Shown piece after piece: positions 1 to 8,294 of a DNA stretch of 64,000 nucleotides. A program made the position numbers and the translations under genes. Source of the DNA: an uncultured Chryseobacterium sp. (lineage in GTDB: Bacteria > Bacteroidota > Bacteroidia > Flavobacteriales_F > PHOS-HE28); assembly GCA_964649165.1 (NCBI GenBank), contig CAZYPC010000007.1, positions 10,557 through 74,556 on the forward strand, in the 5' to 3' direction. Numbering within the stretch: position 1 is the first letter of the stretch; each line of letters starts with the position of its first letter. The notes under the pieces were generated by a model that worked only from the letters and a program-made list of their open reading frames with translations, was not told the DNA's origin and searched no databases.

Positions 1-2216
1 CGTACGGAATGCTCCGCATCGGCCACAGCGCTGAAGACGTCCGCGCGTGGCCGGCCCTCGCGCACAAGCCTGCTGTGGTAAGGCACGAAAGCGACCAGTC
101 CCGCCTGGTGGGTGAGGATGTCGCGCAACACGAGGCGCGCATGCACCGGGTACTTCGGTTCCAGGTCCTTCACGTAGGTGCCCAGCGTGGCGTCCAGGTC
201 GATGCGGCCCTCGTCGTAGAGCTTCATCACCGCGAGCGTCGTGGCGGCCACCTTCGTCACACTCGCCAGATCGTACACGTCATCCGTTCGCACCGCGCGG
301 CCACCCGCATAGCTCGTTGTGCCATAGGCCTTATCCCAGAGCACGTGCCCATCGCGGGCCACCAATACCCGGCACCCGGGATAGGCCTGCTTCACCAGCC
401 CTTCCCGCACGATGGCGTCGATGTCCTGCAGATCGGCGGTTCGCACGCTGTCCGCCTCCGGCAGACCGTAGGAGAGCCGGTCAAACGCTGGCAGCACCAA
501 TCCCCTCCCCTGCGAGAAGTAGGAAGAGGCGGTCACCGGTAGGCGGCCGCTCACGCCGATACCGCCGAACAGGGCCTGCGCAACCAGATCCTGCGTGTCG
601 TCGTTCTCCTCATAGGCGCAAAGCACGGCTCCCCAGCGGTGCGCGCCGTAGGCCTGGGTCAGGCGGTAGGGGTTCGCGAAGAGCGCGAAGGCCATCTTGT
701 TCTGGTCGCCCAGGCGACGAAGGAAGTCGAGCGTGATCTGCGGGATGCCGAACTCCTTTTCCACTTTGAAGGTAGTGCCGTGTACGGAGGCGATCACCAG
801 GTCATACGGCTTCAGTCGGCCGAGCAGGGCGTTCGCGCTGTCCGCGTTCAGTACCTTGTCGCAGCGGAAGTCATCGATGCGCGCGTAACGGCCGAGCTGT
901 TGCTGGAAAGCGCAGTGGAGCGTATCGCCGATGGCGAGCGAAGCGATGCGCAGGGTATCCAGTCCGCGCACCGGCACCACCGCATTGTTGCGCGGCACGG
1001 TGATGGCGTGTTGGAACAGCGATCGGCGTAGCGCTTGGCCCTGCGATGTGTTCAGGTCCGCCACCAGGCCGGCGGTCTCCACGCGCTGCAGGCGCGTGAG
1101 CCCCGCCCACTCCTTCGCGCGCAGCAGCTTCAAGCACCTGTGGTCGATCATCTCGCGCGGCACCAGACCGCTATCCACCGCTTGCCGGATGCGCTCAATG
1201 GCCTTCACGGGGTCCTGCGGGAAGAGCAGCACATCGTTGCCCGCGAGCAGGGCCCTCAGCTCGATCTCGCCGGGCTTGTCCGCCTTGGCCACGCCTTTCA
1301 TGTTCAGGGCATCCGTGAAGATGAGCCCCTGGAAGCCGAGCTCCTTTTCCAACAGATCGCTCACGATGGGCTTGCTCAGCGTGCTGGGAAGACCCTTGGT
1401 GGTATCCAGTGCGGGCACCTCGAGGTGGCCGACCATCACTGCGGCCAATCCCTCCTGCACCATCCGCTCGAACGGGTACAATTCGAGTGAATCCAGGCGC
1501 GCGCGCGTCTGCGCGATGAGCGGCAAGCCGAGGTGACTGTCCGTATCCGTATCACCATGGCCGGGGAAGTGCTTGGCCGTGGCGATGACACCGCCGCCCT
1601 GAAGGCCCTTCATATAGGCGATGGACTTGCGCGCGACCAGTTCTCGGTCCTCCCCGAAGCTGCGGTCGTTGATCACGGGGTTCGCCGGATTGTTGTTCAC
1701 ATCCGCCACCGGACTGAAGCTCACCTGCACACCGAGCCGCTTCATCTGCCGCGCGATCTCCGCCCCCATGGCCTCGATGCCCTCGTCCTCGCGCAGCGCA
1801 CCCAAGGTCATCTGTTTGGGGAAGCGCATGGTGCTGTCCAGCCGCATGGCCAGCCCCCACTCCAGGTCCATGCCGATGAGAAGCGGCGTACGCGCCAGCT
1901 TCTGGTAGTGGTTGGTGAGGTCCGCCTGCCGCACAGGCCCGCCTTTGAAGAAGATGAGGCCCCCGATGTTGCGCTGACGCACCAGGTCCTCCACGTTACG
2001 CACATGTTCGCGGCCCTTGTTGCTGTAAGCCGCCACCATCATCAACTGCGCTATGCGGTCATCGAGGCTCAAGCTGGCCAGCACACTGTCCGCCCACGGC
2101 ATGGGGCCGTCCAGGAAAGCTGGCGTGCGGCCCCGGCTGGTTCGGCCCGGAGGGCCACTACTGATGGACATCACCGCCAGCACGGCCACGGCGAACGCGA
2201 GGAGAGGGCGTTTCAT
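1..2216 (-). CDS. Glycoside hydrolase family 3 (NagZ-like beta-N-acetylhexosaminidase) fused to a serine beta-lactamase/PBP-like domain. Partial: the C-terminus runs off the left edge.
   Basis: Absent from the ORF track because the frame stays open to the window edge. Minus-strand ATG at 2216..2214 is followed by a signal-like MKRPLLAFAVAVLAV. The GH3 motif KHFPGHGDTDTDSH lies in frame at 1533..1574. The serine beta-lactamase SxxK motif YDLASVTKV lies in frame further on (SVTK = 252..263). Confidence 0.8.
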   Translation of the reverse strand, partial: MKRPLLAFAVAVLAVMSISSGPPGRTSRGRTPAFLDGPMPWADSVLASLSLDDRIAQLMMVAAYSNKGREHVRNVEDLVRQRNIGGLIFFKGGPVRQADLTNHYQKLARTPLLIGMDLEWGLAMRLDSTMRFPKQMTLGALREDEGIEAMGAEIARQMKRLGVQVSFSPVADVNNNPANPVINDRSFGEDRELVARKSIAYMKGLQGGGVIATAKHFPGHGDTDTDSHLGLPLIAQTRARLDSLELYPFERMVQEGLAAVMVGHLEVPALDTTKGLPSTLSKPIVSDLLEKELGFQGLIFTDALNMKGVAKADKPGEIELRALLAGNDVLLFPQDPVKAIERIRQAVDSGLVPREMIDHRCLKLLRAKEWAGLTRLQRVETAGLVADLNTSQGQALRRSLFQHAITVPRNNAVVPVRGLDTLRIASLAIGDTLHCAFQQQLGRYARIDDFRCDKVLNADSANALLGRLKPYDLVIASVHGTTFKVEKEFGIPQITLDFLRRLGDQNKMAFALFANPYRLTQAYGAHRWGAVLCAYEENDDTQDLVAQALFGGIGVSGRLPVTASSYFSQGRGLVLPAFDRLSYGLPEADSVRTADLQDIDAIVREGLVKQAYPGCRVLVARDGHVLWDKAYGTTSYAGGRAVRTDDVYDLASVTKVAATTLAVMKLYDEGRIDLDATLGTYVKDLEPKYPVHARLVLRDILTHQAGLVAFVPYHSRLVREGRPRADVFSAVADAEHSV

Positions 2217-2261
2217 CAGGGGTTCAGAAAGCAATTGGCGCGCCGCATAACGAACAACGCG

Positions 2262-2269
2262 CGAAACTA
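2262..2269 (-). promoter_or_regulatory. Candidate Bacteroidota -7 box (TAGTTTCG) for the GH3 fusion gene
   Basis: One mismatch to TAnnTTTG on the minus strand, 45 nt upstream of ATG 2216. Confidence 0.3.
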
Positions 2270-2757
2270 CCGGGGTGGGATGCGGCGGTTGGCCGGTGCG
2301 GGAGGCAGTTGTGAACAGGACGGGATGGGCAGCAGGCTGAAAGCCCGGGGGATCCGCGCTGCGCGGCATGACCAGGGAACGGCGTCGCGTTGTTCCGGCA
2401 AGCGGGGTTCTGCTCGTTGGCTTCGATGCCGCGCAAGCACGCCCGACCGGCACTCCGGACAAGTGGTCCGGCCGTTCGTGGTAAGAACGCACAGCACTGA
2501 GCAAGTGTAGAGTTGCGACAAGGAAGGGTTGTGCAACCCTTCACCATCGAAGCGGGCGTGCCATGGCGCATCCGTTGCGAGACGACACCGATCCGCCGCA
2601 AAGCGATCCCATGTCCGCACATCCGGGGCGACCATGTCCGGCCGCCGGGCACATCGGACTCAAAAGGACCGAAAACGAAGTATGGCCCTGTACCGCCAAC
2701 GGGCGATCCGCATTTGGAGGACATCGTTGTGCCGGAGCGGCCGAGGTGATCCGGATG

Positions 2758-3804
2758 CTACAACTTGACCACGCGGGCGGTGATCGAACGGCCCGCATCA
2801 CCTGGAATGCGCACCGTGTAGTGGCCCGCCTCAAGGGCGCTCAGGTCGATCTCCAACGTGTGATCCTCTTCTGATCGCTCGCCCGATGTTGGTGCCCAGC
2901 GCATCCTGCCCACCGCATCGTACACCTGAATGCGCGTGCCGGGCTGGAGCGGACCGTTGGTCCGGATACGGACCACATTTTGGGTCGGGTTCGGGGAAAG
3001 GTCTACGGTCGGTACCACGCGCGCATCCAAGCCAAGACCGATGTCGATGATGTGCTCCACATGATGGCCGGTCTCGTTCCACTGGCTGGCACCCGCCAAG
3101 CGCTGGAACCGCTTCACGATGCGGACCACTGGCTCCACCGCACCATCGTGCCAATAGTCGGTGATCTCCTGTCTGAACTCCATGTCCTGCGCAGGTGGTG
3201 GATCGTTCCGCAGGTACTGCCACACCGAACTGGTGCGCAGCACGTTCTCCACGGTTCCCCATGGCAACAGGAGGGTTCCCCAACCGTCCGCGATCAGATC
3301 ATGGGTACCGGACTCCGCGAATTCCAGCCACAACGGGGGATCGGAACTCTCATAGGTGCAGTATGCACCATGCTCATCGCTGAAGGAGTCGCCGAATTCA
3401 ACGACGGTCGGGAGCAGCAACCGTAGCGTGGCCATCGGGCAGTAGAACATCTCGTACCCGGCGTCGTTGAGCCCATCGGTGCCCATGGCCAGATATCGTA
3501 CGGACGCGAACTCGACATCAAAGGAATCGACGACCGCCACCGCGCTGCCGAACGCGGTCCCTTGTTGGGTCATCGAAGGGTCGATGTACCATATCGTATC
3601 AGCAGGCTCCGCGTCCAGCCACGTCAGATCCCAGATCGCGGCGACCCCGCCCGGTGGTTCCTCGAGCATCATGGCGGAATAACAGATGGGGCGCGAAGTA
3701 CCGGCCACGGGCAGGTGCATGGCCGCATGGATCACCGGCTGGGCGAAAGCGGTGGGTACACTGACGATGAGGGCCGGATAGAGGGATAGGAACGGGCGAA
3801 GCAT
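2758..3804 (-). CDS. Secreted hypothetical protein with T9SS C-terminal sorting domain
   Basis: 348-aa ORF. N-terminal signal MLRPFLSLYPALIVSVPTAFAQ. C-terminus (LSPNPTQNVVRIRT...VYDAVGR...GHYTVRI...VVKL) fits the T9SS CTD pattern. Starts 16 nt downstream of the M28 gene stop, so probably the same operon. Confidence 0.75.
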   Translation of the reverse strand: MLRPFLSLYPALIVSVPTAFAQPVIHAAMHLPVAGTSRPICYSAMMLEEPPGGVAAIWDLTWLDAEPADTIWYIDPSMTQQGTAFGSAVAVVDSFDVEFASVRYLAMGTDGLNDAGYEMFYCPMATLRLLLPTVVEFGDSFSDEHGAYCTYESSDPPLWLEFAESGTHDLIADGWGTLLLPWGTVENVLRTSSVWQYLRNDPPPAQDMEFRQEITDYWHDGAVEPVVRIVKRFQRLAGASQWNETGHHVEHIIDIGLGLDARVVPTVDLSPNPTQNVVRIRTNGPLQPGTRIQVYDAVGRMRWAPTSGERSEEDHTLEIDLSALEAGHYTVRIPGDAGRSITARVVKL

Positions 3805-3820
3805 CGGTCGGTATTACGGT

Positions 3821-5635
3821 TCAGTCGTTCATCGCGCAGGCGCGTCGCGTGGCAAGGATACCTGATGGGCCGATGAGGGAAAAGAGCCGAGGGCCGGATG
3901 GAGCACGGTCCTGATAATCGAACGTGTTCTGTCCTGGCGATAGTTCAAGGTCCATCAGGCGGATCGTCCGGCCCAGCACGTCCCGTGCGATGATCATGGC
4001 GCGGCAGTGGCTGTCGCCTGCTGGCCAGTCCACATGGATCACGGTATGCTCGGAGAAAGGGTCCGGAGCGCAGGTCAGCACGGCCGAATACCCGGCCGAT
4101 CCGGGCACCTCCCCCACCCCGATCGGCTCGCACGGCAAGCCGTACGGCAGGTCATCCACCGGAGCGGAGGCCGTACCCGCATCACTGGTGCGCTGGATCT
4201 CGCTGGAGAACGGGCTGGTGATGCCTTCCGCGTCGATGGCGGCCACGCTGAGCCAGTACGGCTCGCCGGCGACCTGTCCGGGTACCAGGAAGAGCGTATC
4301 GGTGGTGCGGTAGAGCGCGTCGAAGTCCAGGTTGGAGCTGGTCGTGCGCACGCCGATTCGATAGGCGAGAGCACCTGGCGCAGGCTGGATGGCCACACGA
4401 AGCCCGTCCGCTCCATCGAGAACTTCAAAACCGGGCGGCTCAGGACCGAGGGCGAGCAGCGCCGCGCTCATGCCGTTGATCACCGTATTGCGCTGGAGGT
4501 AGTTGAAGTCCACGAAAAAGCTGTCGACGGCGAGGTCATCGTCGGTATCCACGCCCAGGATGTCGGCGCTGGTGTGCTGCCGGTCGTGGTAAGTGCTGTC
4601 GGCCGTATTGGCGTTGCCGTGTTCATGCGCGGCGGTGAAGCGCACGTTGCGGAAGTACCGTTCACGGAACGGGATATGGTCCCCTCCCCTGTCCTCCCGG
4701 TCCTCCATGCCCATCACGCTGATGGTCATGGGCACGGGCACATGGGGCCTTAGCTTCTCTTCGTACCACAGCTTGATGGAACGCGCGAAGCCACGGTAGG
4801 GCTGGTTGATGGATCCGTTGGAGAAGAGCCGGAGTTGGAGGCTGTCCACCTCGCCCTCCACATCACAACCCGGCTCGCTGGCCGTGGTGCCGCAATAGAT
4901 GCCGCCCACGATGTCGTTGTTCTGCACGCCCTTGATGGCGACGTCATTGTCCACGCACCACTTCGCCATGGCCACCGCTCCCACCAACCCCTGCTCTTCA
5001 CCGGTGGTGAGCATGAAGACGATCGTGTGGTCGAAGCTGTACCGGCTCATCACCCGGGCGAGTTCGAGCACGAGCGCGGAGCCGCTGCCATTGTCGTCCG
5101 CGCCATGGGCGAGACAGGTCGCATCACAGGCTTCGGCGCAGCGGCTGTCCAAGTGGGCTTCGACGATGACGAGGGCCGGGTCGACCGGGTCGGTGCCGGG
5201 CAGCACACCCAACACGTTCCGCCAGCCGAAGCCATCCGTGCCGCAGGGGTCGCCGGTGTAGTCGAAGGAGAGGTAAGCGGGTATCAATCGGTTCTCGCTC
5301 ACGGCGCTGAACTCCTGGAACTTGCCGAAAGCCCATCGTCGGGCGGCACCGATGCCGGTGTCCGGCGATAGCGTATCCGAAAAGGCATGGCGCGTGTGGA
5401 AGCGGGTGAGCGTCTCCAGATGCGCATGCAGTGAATCCGCGGAAACGCGCGTACGCAATGCGCAGAGGATGGTGGCGTGGTCGCTGATGGGGTCGCTGGA
5501 CGCGAAGCCCGCGGGATCGTACAGGCCCTTCATCACCTGCTCCGCCAAGGCAGGTACACACGTGATATTGCCCACTTCTTGGGCGCACAACAGGGATGGC
5601 GCTGCGAGGGCGCAGAACAGTGAGCGGAACTTCAT
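3821..5635 (-). CDS. M28 family zinc aminopeptidase with FN3-like region and T9SS C-terminal domain
   Basis: Track ORF is 3821..5848. Start moved to internal ATG 5635, which gives the signal peptide MKFRSLFCALAAPSLLCAQ. M28 motifs present: HLDS, GADDNGSGSALVLELAR, EEQGLVGA. A T9SS CTD-like tail follows. Confidence 0.85.
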   Translation of the reverse strand: MKFRSLFCALAAPSLLCAQEVGNITCVPALAEQVMKGLYDPAGFASSDPISDHATILCALRTRVSADSLHAHLETLTRFHTRHAFSDTLSPDTGIGAARRWAFGKFQEFSAVSENRLIPAYLSFDYTGDPCGTDGFGWRNVLGVLPGTDPVDPALVIVEAHLDSRCAEACDATCLAHGADDNGSGSALVLELARVMSRYSFDHTIVFMLTTGEEQGLVGAVAMAKWCVDNDVAIKGVQNNDIVGGIYCGTTASEPGCDVEGEVDSLQLRLFSNGSINQPYRGFARSIKLWYEEKLRPHVPVPMTISVMGMEDREDRGGDHIPFRERYFRNVRFTAAHEHGNANTADSTYHDRQHTSADILGVDTDDDLAVDSFFVDFNYLQRNTVINGMSAALLALGPEPPGFEVLDGADGLRVAIQPAPGALAYRIGVRTTSSNLDFDALYRTTDTLFLVPGQVAGEPYWLSVAAIDAEGITSPFSSEIQRTSDAGTASAPVDDLPYGLPCEPIGVGEVPGSAGYSAVLTCAPDPFSEHTVIHVDWPAGDSHCRAMIIARDVLGRTIRLMDLELSPGQNTFDYQDRAPSGPRLFSLIGPSGILATRRACAMND

Positions 5636-5869
5636 CGCACGCGGGTTGGTGCGGGAAGATACTCGGGATGTAAGGGAATGGACCTCGGATGACGCGGATC
5701 GTTGTGATGGGCGCTGATTCGCGTACGCGCTATCAACGGCAACAGCCTTGCATCCGAACACTGCACCGCAGCATCCACATGGACCGCCGATGCACAGGAT
5801 GGACGCCGACGAAAAACGCCTGTCAGCATCAGCGCCCATCCGCCTCATCAGCGGTATCAGCGTTCCATC

Positions 5870-7885
5870 CTACCGCAGCGCGATGCGCAAGGCCGGAGCG
5901 TTGCGTAAGCGAAGTGAATACGCACCGGGCGCGAGGTCCGCTGTGCGCAGCTCCAGCAAACCGGCGCGGTTGGTGGAACGGAGAGGCCATTGGCGACCAT
6001 CAGGGCCAACGAGCGCGAGGATGTCCGTCGCGCGGATACCGCTCACCTGCACCGGTTCACCCGCCACGGCGGGCACCGGCCATACCGAAACAGCGGTCGC
6101 CTCCGTCGGGCTGATGCCCATGCAGGGATCAACCACGACCGTTACCTCATCGCTCGCGGCACAACCGTTCACGGTGACGGTCACCGAATACGTCGTGCTG
6201 GTCACCGGGGCCGCGTTGATGGTCTCTGTGAACTCGCCGGTGGGCGTCCATTCATAGGTCGCTCCGGGGTTGCCGGCATCGAGCAGGACGCTTCCTCCAG
6301 GGCAGATCACCTGATCCGGCCCGAGGTCGACCAGCGGAACATCGCTGAACCCGAAGTCGAGCGCGATGGGGGCGCTGACGCCACAATCGTTCACGGCCGT
6401 CACGGAAACAGCGCCTGCCCCGGCGATATCCACCAGCACCGTGATGCTACCGGTACCCTGTCCTTCCGTGATGATCCAGTTGGCCGGCACCGTCCAGTCA
6501 TAGCTGCTCGCATCACCGAAGGCGGAAACCGTGAAGATGGCGGGCTCGCCCACGCACAGGCCGCCCGGCGTGAAGATCTCGAAGGGATCGTACGGCGCAC
6601 CAGCGCACCAGTCGAAGCGGGCGACGACCCCGTCATTGCTGGAGTTGGCAGGCAGGCTGAGCACACCGGGTCCCGGATCGAAGTCGACGGTGTAGTTCTG
6701 GTTGTAGGTGCCGAAGTAGAGGGCGCTGCCATCCAGATCGAAGCCCTTGCCACCGGGATAGGTGTAGTCGTTCCCTTGGGAGATGGTAAGGTTGAAATCG
6801 ACCAGGCCGCTCACGTTCATTTTGTAGAATCGGATGACACCCCCGGGCCCATTGTTGCTGTACATACCGAGGCAGGCGCCTTGTTCATCCGGGGCGATAT
6901 CGCCAAGCCGCAGATTGCCCGAGACGGGCAAGGACGTGCTGTAGATCTGCTCAAGGTCCTCACCCGCCTGGTTGTACTTGAGCGCCCAGAAACCAGCGCC
7001 AGCCTGCGCCTGGCCCATCATATAGGCGGAACCGGAAGCATCCGCGCACAGGCGGATGTCGCCATAGTTGGCGTCACCTTCGGCCATGAACTGCATGGCG
7101 CTGTCGTAGCGCAGGATGTGCTGTGTCTCCGTGTACACGTTGTGCGTGCCGGGGCCGTAGTCCACATCGATCTGGGAATTCAGCGGGCCACCATTATCCA
7201 GGTTGCGGATCACGAAGAAGCTGCTTCCATCACGCATCGCGGAGATATCGCGCGAACTGCAGAAGCCGGAGTAGTACGTTTCGATGTTCGCCCAGGCCAG
7301 TGCCCCGTCCGCGCGGTAGCGCGCCATGAAGCTGCCGGTTGAGAAATCGCCGACGGTGAGTTCGCTCACGCCCGCTCCGAAGTCGAAGTCGTACACGCCT
7401 TGGCCGAGGTCACCGCAGATGTAGAGGTTGCCGGCATCATCACAGGAGACCCCGCCGTAGTCTTCGCTCATGTCCGTGCTGTTCTCCAGGCTGAAACCCC
7501 ACTGGAACTGGCCGTTGCTGTTGTACTTGGCGTACACCTTGCCGGGGTTCACGAGCGTGGTGTTCGGCCCCGGGTCCAGATCGAGTTGGCCGGTGGTGAA
7601 GCCCACATAGATGTAGATGTTGTCGCTCGCGTCCACGTCCATATCGATGGCGTAGAGCGTGGGGGCCGAGAGCGTCTTGGTCCATTGCACGGTACCGCTT
7701 TCTGAAAGGCGCTGCAACAGGGCGCTGTCATCACCGGTACCGAGCGCGAACACGCCGCCATTGCTGGCGGTCTTCACGCGGTTGTTCGCGGGGACTACCT
7801 CGGTGGCCCAATCGAGCGAGATCTGTTGTGCGGATAGCTGGCCAACACCAAGGGCTGCCAGAACAAGCGTAGAAAGTCGGAGCAT
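5870..7885 (-). CDS. SBBP-type beta-propeller repeat protein with Ig-like domain and T9SS C-terminal domain
   Basis: Track ORF is 5870..7927. Start moved to ATG 7885 (MLRLSTLVLAALGVGQLSAQ). Repeated blades such as DASDNIYIYVGF...LDLDPG and DDAGNLYICGD...YDFDFG. Ig-like segment CPGGSVLLDAGNPGATYEWTP. CTD: VWPVPA...GAYSLRL. Confidence 0.8.
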   Translation of the reverse strand: MLRLSTLVLAALGVGQLSAQQISLDWATEVVPANNRVKTASNGGVFALGTGDDSALLQRLSESGTVQWTKTLSAPTLYAIDMDVDASDNIYIYVGFTTGQLDLDPGPNTTLVNPGKVYAKYNSNGQFQWGFSLENSTDMSEDYGGVSCDDAGNLYICGDLGQGVYDFDFGAGVSELTVGDFSTGSFMARYRADGALAWANIETYYSGFCSSRDISAMRDGSSFFVIRNLDNGGPLNSQIDVDYGPGTHNVYTETQHILRYDSAMQFMAEGDANYGDIRLCADASGSAYMMGQAQAGAGFWALKYNQAGEDLEQIYSTSLPVSGNLRLGDIAPDEQGACLGMYSNNGPGGVIRFYKMNVSGLVDFNLTISQGNDYTYPGGKGFDLDGSALYFGTYNQNYTVDFDPGPGVLSLPANSSNDGVVARFDWCAGAPYDPFEIFTPGGLCVGEPAIFTVSAFGDASSYDWTVPANWIITEGQGTGSITVLVDIAGAGAVSVTAVNDCGVSAPIALDFGFSDVPLVDLGPDQVICPGGSVLLDAGNPGATYEWTPTGEFTETINAAPVTSTTYSVTVTVNGCAASDEVTVVVDPCMGISPTEATAVSVWPVPAVAGEPVQVSGIRATDILALVGPDGRQWPLRSTNRAGLLELRTADLAPGAYSLRLRNAPALRIALR

Positions 7886-7975
7886 GGGATCGTTTTTCTC
7901 GGGAGCCGAAACTACCCCCGTGACCAAGCGTCATGACCGGGGCCCGGGTGTTCTCGTCCACGTTGAGCGGTCAGT

Positions 7976-7983
7976 TACTTTCG
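7976..7983 (+). promoter_or_regulatory. Candidate -7 box TACTTTCG
   Basis: GTTACTTTCGCC lies 21 nt upstream of ATG 8005. The same 12-mer context recurs upstream of fsa at 37465. Confidence 0.35.
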
Positions 7984-8004
7984 CCGCCCACAAAACGATA
8001 CACC

Positions 8005-8133
8005 ATGCCACAGGACAGCGGAGCCCGACTGAAGTCGAAGCGCAAAGCCACCTTGAAACTGAACAAGCGCGCTGCTGCAGCAGCGGCCAAAGGCGAGAAG
8101 CCCAAAGGCAAGCCTGCGAAGAAGAAAGCCTGA
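8005..8133 (+). CDS. Small Lys/Ala-rich basic protein (histone H1-like tail composition), 42 aa
   Basis: Track ORF is 7933..8133. Internal ATG 8005 gives MPQDSGARLKSKRKATLKLNKRAAAAAAKGEKPKGKPAKKKA. A strong terminator follows directly and a -7-like box precedes it. No domain is recognisable. Confidence 0.45.
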   Translation: MPQDSGARLKSKRKATLKLNKRAAAAAAKGEKPKGKPAKKKA

Positions 8134-8156
8134 GCGCTGCTTGAACGTTCACGAAG

Positions 8157-8179
8157 GCCCCGTGTGAACGGGGCTTTTT
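8157..8179 (+). terminator. Rho-independent terminator
   Basis: GCCCCG (8157..8162), loop TGTGAA, CGGGGC (8169..8174), then TTTTT (8175..8179). Confidence 0.75.
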
Positions 8180-8294
8180 CGTTCCTGCCTCATGAGACCG
8201 GTCGGTCAATGCCCGATGCAGCTTCGTGGGCACAATCTGTGTCATCTGCGCCATCTGCGGAAGGACCCGACCCGATATTTGCGGCCTCTCACCG

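Noticed and set aside
9-2510. Several plus-strand ORFs (9..542, 931..1536, 1533..2510 and others)
   Set aside because: All are antisense to, or out of frame with, the open minus-strand GH3/beta-lactamase frame, which carries the real motifs.
2270-2730. Calling this region rnpB (RNase P RNA)
   Set aside because: Only five short collinear matches are present. The universally conserved CR-I sequence with its bulged U, the GGGUGAAA and ACAGAA..ACCGCC segments, and a convincing P4 or P1 pairing are missing. I kept it as an open question in the findings rather than listing it as a feature.
5990-7342. 450-aa plus-strand ORF
   Set aside because: Antisense to the SBBP-repeat T9SS gene. No motifs, and a high-GC antisense composition.
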